Made by a program: the position numbers and the translations under genes. DNA of 64,000 nucleotides. Source: an uncultured Methanosarcinales archaeon. GTDB taxonomy: Archaea; Nanobdellota; Nanobdellia; Woesearchaeales; GW2011-AR9. The notes below the pieces were generated by a model, which was given only the letters and a program-made list of their open reading frames with translations, ran no database searches and was not told the DNA's origin. The number at the start of each line of letters is the position of its first letter. The stretch's first letter is position 1. The stretch is from the NCBI GenBank assembly GCA_964343575.1, contig CAYFJV010000002.1:2285-66284 (forward strand), written 5' to 3'. Below are positions 58,255 through 64,000 of the stretch, piece after piece.

Positions 58255-60037
58255 TTTTCTCTACTATCTTTTTCCAGGTGGCGCTTTGCTTTTTTCCTAG
58301 AAACTCTTTATTATCCATGTATTTCATGCGAGCGATAAAACTACTAGTCTCTGATTCTCGCAACTTTTCTAAGTCGATATCCTTCAAGAGGGTTTTACAA
58401 TGTTCGTAAAAGTGGAAGATTGCTTTTGCCAAGATAAGCTGTTTCTCTACGGGACAGAAAGTGTCTTCTTCATGAAAAGCGTGCTGCTGCAGAAAATCCT
58501 CTCGAAGCATACGGGCAACGAACATGAGTAATTGTTGCTCTTTTGGAAGGCTATCAAGGCCCACAAGCTGTACAACTTCTTGCAATTCTGCCTCGGTTTG
58601 TAAAATCTCTTCGCTCTCTTTTCTCAAACGGTTCCACTCTTCACTAATTGATGTCTCATACCACTCAGATAAAGATTCTTTGTAAAGAGAGTAGGAAGTT
58701 AACCAATTGATCGCGGGGTAATGTCTCTTATTAGCAAGGTTTGCGTCAAGCGCCCAGAAACATTGTGCAATTCTTAGGGTGTTTTGCGTTACTGGCTCTG
58801 AAAAATCTCCTCCAGGAGGGCTTACTGCACCAATCACAGAAATACTTCCTTCTTCGCCGTTTGCTGTTTCGACAATGCCTGCTCGCTCATAAAACTCTGC
58901 AAGACGTTTGGAAAGGTAAGCTGGATATCCTTCTTCTCCGGGCATCTCTTCTAACCTTCCTGAGATCTCACGCATTGCTTCAGCCCAACGGCTGGTAGAA
59001 TCGGCCATGAGCGCTACTGCATAACCTTGGTCCCTAAAATATTCAGCCAGGGTGATTCCGGTGTAGACACTCGCTTCTCTTGCTGCTACTGGCATGTTAG
59101 AGGTGTTTGCGATAAGCACTGTTCTTTTCATAAGCGCTTCTCCAGACTTTGGATCTTTTAAGTGGGGAAATTCTTCTAGAACTTCGGTCATCTCGTTTCC
59201 ACGCTCACCACAACCAATGTAAATGATAATCTCGGCATCACACCATTTTGCAAATTGTTGTTGGGTTACTGTTTTTCCAGAACCAAAAGGTCCGGGTATT
59301 GCTCCAACTCCTCCTTTCGCAATTGGAAATAAAAAATCAAGAACACGCTGGCCAGAGATGAGTGGTTTGTTCACCGGCAGACGCTTTTTGATTGGTCGTG
59401 GTCTTCGCACTGGCCAATCATGAGCTAATTTGATGCAGTGTTTTGTGTTCTTAGTAGCAATAGTTGCAATCTCTTCAGTAATGTTATACTTGCCTTTCTT
59501 GAGCCCAGTTATTTTTCCCTTAATTCCGGGAGGAACAAGAATTTTGTGAGTGATAAGGGTGTTTTCTTGAACTGTTCCAAGTACTTGCCCGCCTTCCACG
59601 GTCGCGTTGTTCTTTATTTTTGGATTTGGTACAAAGTTCCATTTCTTTTTTTCGTCAAGAGAAGCTACTTCAATCCCTCTTGTGATGTAGATTCCAGTTT
59701 TCTCTTTTATTACTTCTAATGGCCTTTGCGTTCCATCAAATACTTGCTCTAGGAGCCCTGGACCAAGAGTTACTGAGAGTGGTTTGTGAGTATTACTTAC
59801 TGGCTCTCCTGGTTGGAGGCCAGTTGTTTCTTCGTAGACTTGGATTACAGAAATGTCTCCTCTAATTTCAATGATTTCTCCAACCAATCTTGCTTTTCCC
59901 ACCCGAACAACATCATTTACTGATCCTTCAATTTCTGCATAGACAACCGGGCCTGCGATTCGCTTTATGACTCCTTTGCTTTGCATTTTTTGTGAACTTT
60001 GTTTGTTTTCCTTTTTCTTTGCCATTTTTATTCTCAT
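58238..60037 (-). CDS. atpA: A-type ATP synthase catalytic subunit A
   Basis: 599 aa; GPFGSGKTV Walker A; non-homologous insert region typical of A subunits. Confidence 0.85.
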   Translation of the reverse strand: MRIKMAKKKENKQSSQKMQSKGVIKRIAGPVVYAEIEGSVNDVVRVGKARLVGEIIEIRGDISVIQVYEETTGLQPGEPVSNTHKPLSVTLGPGLLEQVFDGTQRPLEVIKEKTGIYITRGIEVASLDEKKKWNFVPNPKIKNNATVEGGQVLGTVQENTLITHKILVPPGIKGKITGLKKGKYNITEEIATIATKNTKHCIKLAHDWPVRRPRPIKKRLPVNKPLISGQRVLDFLFPIAKGGVGAIPGPFGSGKTVTQQQFAKWCDAEIIIYIGCGERGNEMTEVLEEFPHLKDPKSGEALMKRTVLIANTSNMPVAAREASVYTGITLAEYFRDQGYAVALMADSTSRWAEAMREISGRLEEMPGEEGYPAYLSKRLAEFYERAGIVETANGEEGSISVIGAVSPPGGDFSEPVTQNTLRIAQCFWALDANLANKRHYPAINWLTSYSLYKESLSEWYETSISEEWNRLRKESEEILQTEAELQEVVQLVGLDSLPKEQQLLMFVARMLREDFLQQHAFHEEDTFCPVEKQLILAKAIFHFYEHCKTLLKDIDLEKLRESETSSFIARMKYMDNKEFLGKKQSATWKKIVEKIAEVH

Positions 60038-60054
60038 TACTCTTTGTTTTTCAC

Positions 60055-60402
60055 TTAGTTTTTCATTTTGATTCCTAAGGTATCTCTTACTAGTTTATCA
60101 ATATGTTCTGCATTAAACTCTCCTGCTGCTTGAGGGATTTCTACCACAAATTTTCCTTGCAATAGAGAGTGTGTTCTTACCTGGTTGAGAAGCTTCTCAC
60201 TTATGAACAAAATTTCTAAGTCCTTTGCTTGCTCAAGTACAGCTAGTAGGTCTTCTTTGTTTGCTTGTTCATTTACTTCGAACATGTTTTTTACTCCTGC
60301 AAGACCAAAACCAATTACATCGTCAGGAAAGGCCACTATCCCTATCTCTTTGGCAGGGGCTTTACTAGGCTCTTTGCTTCTTTTCCTTTCTTTTCCTTTC
60401 AT
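60055..60402 (-). CDS. atpF: A-type ATP synthase subunit F
   Basis: 115 aa; [18 protein letters not shown] pattern. Confidence 0.7.
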   Translation of the reverse strand: MKGKERKRSKEPSKAPAKEIGIVAFPDDVIGFGLAGVKNMFEVNEQANKEDLLAVLEQAKDLEILFISEKLLNQVRTHSLLQGKFVVEIPQAAGEFNAEHIDKLVRDTLGIKMKN

Positions 60403-61427
60403 TATGAGAGTACCTCAGAAATTTTTTCTTCTGAAAAATCATGGTGCTTCATTTTCAAAAGGATATTTACATTACGTACATTGATCATCTTAAGTATCAT
60501 ATAACCAAGTATCGTGTTCTCAGAGAGCGGATCTTTAGCAAGAAGGTCATTAGCAAAATCTTTGAGTTTGCGATACATATCTCTCTCAACCTTTTCTTTA
60601 GCTTTCAAATCTACCTTGTAGCCAAAGTCCTTAAGCTTGTTAGCTAGTTCAGGTAGGGTCATCTTTGGAGATACTTCTTCTTTTGGTATATAACCCCCCG
60701 TGAAAAGAGCGTCTTGCCCTTTGAGCACTAAACTTACGTTGTGAATGTCAATAAGGCGTTTGACATATCCCCTCGCAGCGGGGCTTTTTGCGTGATGAAG
60801 AGCTCTTTTGAGTAATAAAATGTCGAGATCTCTTTCGAAAGAGGCGAATTGTTTTTTCTTGAGCTCTTCGTAATGTTTGTTGATTATCTTTTGATAAACA
60901 GTCCCCTTTAATTCATTTTGAAGCTCTTCTAAATTATGGTTCTCTTGAGCTAAAAATTCTGGGGAAAATACTTCGGTTGTGAAATAGATCTCTTGTTTTT
61001 TGTGTAAGGTGACATTTGTCGAACGCACTAGACTTTTGATGAGTTGAATGTCATATCGTGAGAGCATGATACTTAGAAACTTTTGAGACCCTTGCGGACT
61101 AATCTTTTTGAGTTTACTTAAGGTTGTGATTAGTTCACTTCTTAGAGCAGTGTTCATTGCGGCATAAGAAAAGTCTGCTGCAAGATATTTTGTGAGTCCT
61201 GGAAAGAAGTTTTTCTCGAGAGAGTAGACGATCTCATTGTAAGGGAGCGTGAGATACTCTTCAAACTTTTCTTTTCCCACCAGTTTTCTTCTCATTGCGC
61301 GAATCCTTGCGTTTGTATATGCATAGGGATAGGTTCCTGCCAGAACCTTGAACACGGGAACAAGTACTACTAAAAAAAGCAGAAAAAGTCCGCTGAGCAG
61401 TACCACAATTAAGGTTGTTTCATCCAT
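60402..61427 (-). CDS. atpC: A-type ATP synthase subunit C
   Basis: 341 aa; position and size in conserved operon order. Confidence 0.7.
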   Translation of the reverse strand: MDETTLIVVLLSGLFLLFLVVLVPVFKVLAGTYPYAYTNARIRAMRRKLVGKEKFEEYLTLPYNEIVYSLEKNFFPGLTKYLAADFSYAAMNTALRSELITTLSKLKKISPQGSQKFLSIMLSRYDIQLIKSLVRSTNVTLHKKQEIYFTTEVFSPEFLAQENHNLEELQNELKGTVYQKIINKHYEELKKKQFASFERDLDILLLKRALHHAKSPAARGYVKRLIDIHNVSLVLKGQDALFTGGYIPKEEVSPKMTLPELANKLKDFGYKVDLKAKEKVERDMYRKLKDFANDLLAKDPLSENTILGYMILKMINVRNVNILLKMKHHDFSEEKISEVLS

Positions 61428-61465
61428 TTTGAATTGAATTTTTATTTCTTCTTTTGTTCTCCTTA

Positions 61466-62047
61466 CTATACTTGTTCGATAATCTTCTTGATAATGAATT
61501 CTTTTTCTCCTTCCAGATGGTGATCCAAAGAGTCTTTGAGAAGCAAGGTTTCTGACTCTGCCTCTACTGCAAGCTCATCCAAGTTTCTTTGAACCTTTTT
61601 CAAAGAAAAAGTAGAGAGGGCTTTATTACTAAAGCCAGACCACACTCGAAACTGAAATTCTTCTTTTTGAAGACCCATCTCTTCAATCCTTCTTAGGAGG
61701 TGTTTGAGGAAAACGAGCGCCAACATTTCTTTCTCTTCCTTAGGAAGTTGTTCTAGTTGCAAGCGAAGAGAAGCAAGTACGCGATTGTAGAGCGCAAGCT
61801 TTTCTTTGTTAAGATCAGTGTTGAGTTCAGTGTTAGCACTAGCGATAAGGTTCTCTTTGAGTTGCGCTGCCTGGCGCTTACTCTCTTCTCTTATCTGCTC
61901 TGCTTGTTCATTGGCTCTTCTCTCAACTGCAAGAAGTATCTTGTTCTCCTCCTCTTGTGCTAAGACCTTGAGGGAAGTGATCTCTCTTTGCACTTGCTGA
62001 GCAATGAAATCGCTGAGCTCCTTACTCCTATCTGCTACAATTCGCAT
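61466..62047 (-). CDS. atpE: A-type ATP synthase subunit E
   Basis: 193 aa coiled-coil peripheral stalk. Confidence 0.7.
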   Translation of the reverse strand: MRIVADRSKELSDFIAQQVQREITSLKVLAQEEENKILLAVERRANEQAEQIREESKRQAAQLKENLIASANTELNTDLNKEKLALYNRVLASLRLQLEQLPKEEKEMLALVFLKHLLRRIEEMGLQKEEFQFRVWSGFSNKALSTFSLKKVQRNLDELAVEAESETLLLKDSLDHHLEGEKEFIIKKIIEQV

Positions 62048-62113
62048 CGTTTACCTAAATCCTTTGTTATGCTCGTTACTCTTAGCTTTGGGCCAAACAG
62101 TGTTCCTGTTTGT

Positions 62114-62344
62114 TTATGCTCCAAAGACGAATAAGAGTAAGATCGCGATAACAAAACCGTAGATTGCTTGCGTTTCTGGAAGTGCTGCGAATACCAACAT
62201 CTTTGCCAAAAGTTTTTCGTTCTCTGCGGTTGCCCCTGCTGCTGCGCTAGAAGCAATTCCTTGTCCAATACCACTACCCAGTGCTGCAAAACCAATAGCA
62301 ATTCCTGCACCGATAGCGATTAATCCGGTTGTTATTTCTACCAT
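62114..62344 (-). CDS. atpK: A-type ATP synthase proteolipid subunit K (c)
   Basis: 76 aa, two-helix hairpin with conserved Glu in LPETQAIYG. Confidence 0.8.
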   Translation of the reverse strand: MVEITTGLIAIGAGIAIGFAALGSGIGQGIASSAAAGATAENEKLLAKMLVFAALPETQAIYGFVIAILLLFVFGA

Positions 62345-64000
62345 TTACTTCTTTCCTCCAAGATTCTTTACATAAAAGGGTTTGAATTTGTATCCATCCC
62401 CTTCGAAAAAAAAGCTAAAAAATTCAACGTAATGAAGACGGGCTGCATGAATTGCGCAACCCAAAATGCTCAGACCAAAGTTAAAAGTGTGGCCCACAAT
62501 GATCACCAAGATACTAAGAAGCACCCCAATGATTCCTAAAGTTAGTGCCTTTTGTGCAATGACATTTACTGCCAAAGCCACTCCTGCTGTTGCTAAAGAA
62601 AGAGCAAGAAGCCTTGCGTAAGAGAACCAAGTTCCAAAAAATCCACTAATATCCATGATTCCAAAGACTGACTTTTCTTTGATCAAGAAAACTACTGCCA
62701 AGAAAAGAGCAGTTACCCCAAGAGCCGAGGATCCCAAAAAGAATGCGCAGGCAGCCGCTTGCAGTAGGGGGAAGGGGGAAGCTTGAAAGATAATAGTTTT
62801 CCAGCTCTTCTTAAACTTCCACATCTGATAGATCTTAAGAAAGACCGCAAGGTTAAGGTGTAGAAGCCCAATGATAAGACTTGCTTTAAGGATGGTAAAA
62901 GATGCTGAAAAGGCGTCTTGATACAAAGGAGTAATCTCGACAAGGTCTCCAAAAAAGGAGCCAAAAAGAAGTCCAAAAAAGATGGAACTAAGCGCCGACC
63001 AAAAAAAGATCTTTGTTCCTGCTGGAGTGTTTTTGCCGAACTTGAAGCGAACAACTGCGACCAGCAAAAGTAAGGTTAAACCATAACCCACATCCCCTAA
63101 CATAAAGCCAAAGAAAAAGGGGAAGAAAAGAGATACCAAAAAGGTCGGGTCTATCGCCCCATACTTTGGCATGCCGAAAAGTTCGGTTATGAGTTCATAA
63201 GATTTGCTATAAGGATTGTTCTTAAATTTGGTTGGCGCGCCCTCTTTTGCTGGCTCGGCAGCAATGAGAGCTTGAGGAAATTTTTCTTTGAGTTGTTCAA
63301 TTTCTTTTTTCTCCACATAACCTTCTAAGGCGAAAAGGTGCTTGCTTTTCTTAAGTAAAGTTGAAATTTTAAATTGTTCATGGTAATTTTCTAAGGCGTT
63401 GAGAAGAAAACAAATTTTTGATTGCTTCCCATTTACTTTTCTGAAAAGCTCCTTTCTTATTTCTTCTTGTTCTTTATTGATTTGTGCTATTCGAGAACTT
63501 ACTTTTTCAAGATGACTTGTTGAATTTCCCTCCAAGAAACTCAAGTTTATTTGTTTTAGTGGAGTTGTTTTGACATAAGCAACAAATTCTTTTTGTTTGC
63601 TGCTGGCCACTGCAACTGCGAAATAGTATTGGTTTTTCCAGTGAATTTTTTTTATGTTTATTTTTGCTTTTTTGAAAGAGAAAGAGAAGTCGTTTTTTGA
63701 TTTGAGAAGGAAAAGTGAAGCTTTGGGCGATCTGGGCTGACGGATAACAAAAGGGATATCCTCCAGAATCTTTCTTTGCGCCTCAAGTGTTGTGAGCTCT
63801 CCTTCCACTTCTTTTCTTTTTTCAGCGAGCGACCTTACCTTCTCTAGGTGGCTAGCAACAAACTCTTTAGCGTGAGCCATAACTTTATCGTAAGCAGGAA
63901 GGCCTTCCAATGAAAAAGTTCTTTGGATTTCTGTCTCGTTAGCAATGTATTGTAATTCTAACAAGAGTTTACTTACTTCATCAACCTCAGCTTCAACAAG
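62345..64000 (-). CDS. atpI: A-type ATP synthase subunit I (a); N-terminus probably continues past window end
   Basis: ORF-track start at 63964 is a non-ATG codon; frame stays open to 64000 (LVEAEVDEVSKLL...); soluble coiled-coil half then 7-8 TM. Confidence 0.75.
   Translation of the reverse strand, partial: LVEAEVDEVSKLLLELQYIANETEIQRTFSLEGLPAYDKVMAHAKEFVASHLEKVRSLAEKRKEVEGELTTLEAQRKILEDIPFVIRQPRSPKASLFLLKSKNDFSFSFKKAKINIKKIHWKNQYYFAVAVASSKQKEFVAYVKTTPLKQINLSFLEGNSTSHLEKVSSRIAQINKEQEEIRKELFRKVNGKQSKICFLLNALENYHEQFKISTLLKKSKHLFALEGYVEKKEIEQLKEKFPQALIAAEPAKEGAPTKFKNNPYSKSYELITELFGMPKYGAIDPTFLVSLFFPFFFGFMLGDVGYGLTLLLLVAVVRFKFGKNTPAGTKIFFWSALSSIFFGLLFGSFFGDLVEITPLYQDAFSASFTILKASLIIGLLHLNLAVFLKIYQMWKFKKSWKTIIFQASPFPLLQAAACAFFLGSSALGVTALFLAVVFLIKEKSVFGIMDISGFFGTWFSYARLLALSLATAGVALAVNVIAQKALTLGIIGVLLSILVIIVGHTFNFGLSILGCAIHAARLHYVEFFSFFFEGDGYKFKPFYVKNLGGKK

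Noticed and set aside
62035-62310. 91-aa ORF overlapping the atpK/atpE junction
   Set aside because: It lies in an alternative frame across a conserved operon junction; atpK (76 aa proteolipid) explains the region.
1-64000. CRISPR arrays, transposases, integrases, restriction-modification or toxin-antitoxin pairs
   Set aside because: By-eye search for regularly spaced direct repeats found none; no ORF translation shows DDE, Tyr-recombinase or Ser-recombinase motifs.

Overview
The window reads as a 64 kb chromosomal segment of a small-genome, AT-rich archaeon, possibly DPANN-like. Archaeal core genes are present: aIF5B, aEF-1beta with its conserved Zn-ribbon neighbour (a 55-aa gene missing from the ORF track), PCNA, Hef, Trm1, RibL-like FAD synthase, RtcA, ABCE1, an Lrp/AsnC regulator, and a complete A-type ATPase operon atpIKECFABD at 56.2-64 kb. 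Mixed in are bacterial-type functions: GyrA, ScpB, Lgt, RNase D and a DsbA-like/VKOR disulfide-bond cluster. Three tRNAs were found by eye. Thr(CGU) and Leu(CAA) are clean. The third is a 135-nt intron-containing gene followed by two degenerate copies of its own 3' end. Very large, highly acidic surface proteins (thrombospondin type-3, CARDB and lamin-tail domains) occupy 0.3-5.5 kb and 40-42.3 kb. Several blocks stand apart from the Lys/Glu/Ile-rich housekeeping genes, being Lys-poor, Arg/Ala/Asp-rich and visibly GC-richer: 5.5-8.6 kb, 20.4-23.5 kb around tRNA-Thr, 25.3-26 kb, 50.3-50.9 kb and 52.6-54.2 kb. This suggests horizontally acquired islands or, alternatively, assembly chimerism. Candidates for something new are: (i) an operon at 20.3-22.5 kb encoding a small peptide, a divergent NadE-like PP-loop ATPase, a C39-like cysteine peptidase and an unknown protein, which looks RiPP-like; (ii) two strongly structured intergenic elements, one bounded by a 17-bp perfect inverted repeat at 32.64-32.83 kb and one GC-rich with a terminal stem at 54.90-55.07 kb; (iii) a triplet of paralogous coiled-coil proteins at 42.4-43.9 kb; (iv) a trio of Cys-rich secreted proteins, one with a bacterial OMP-like C-terminus. 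No CRISPR array, transposase or integrase was seen. All calls rest on reading the supplied translations and sequence by eye; no searches were run.
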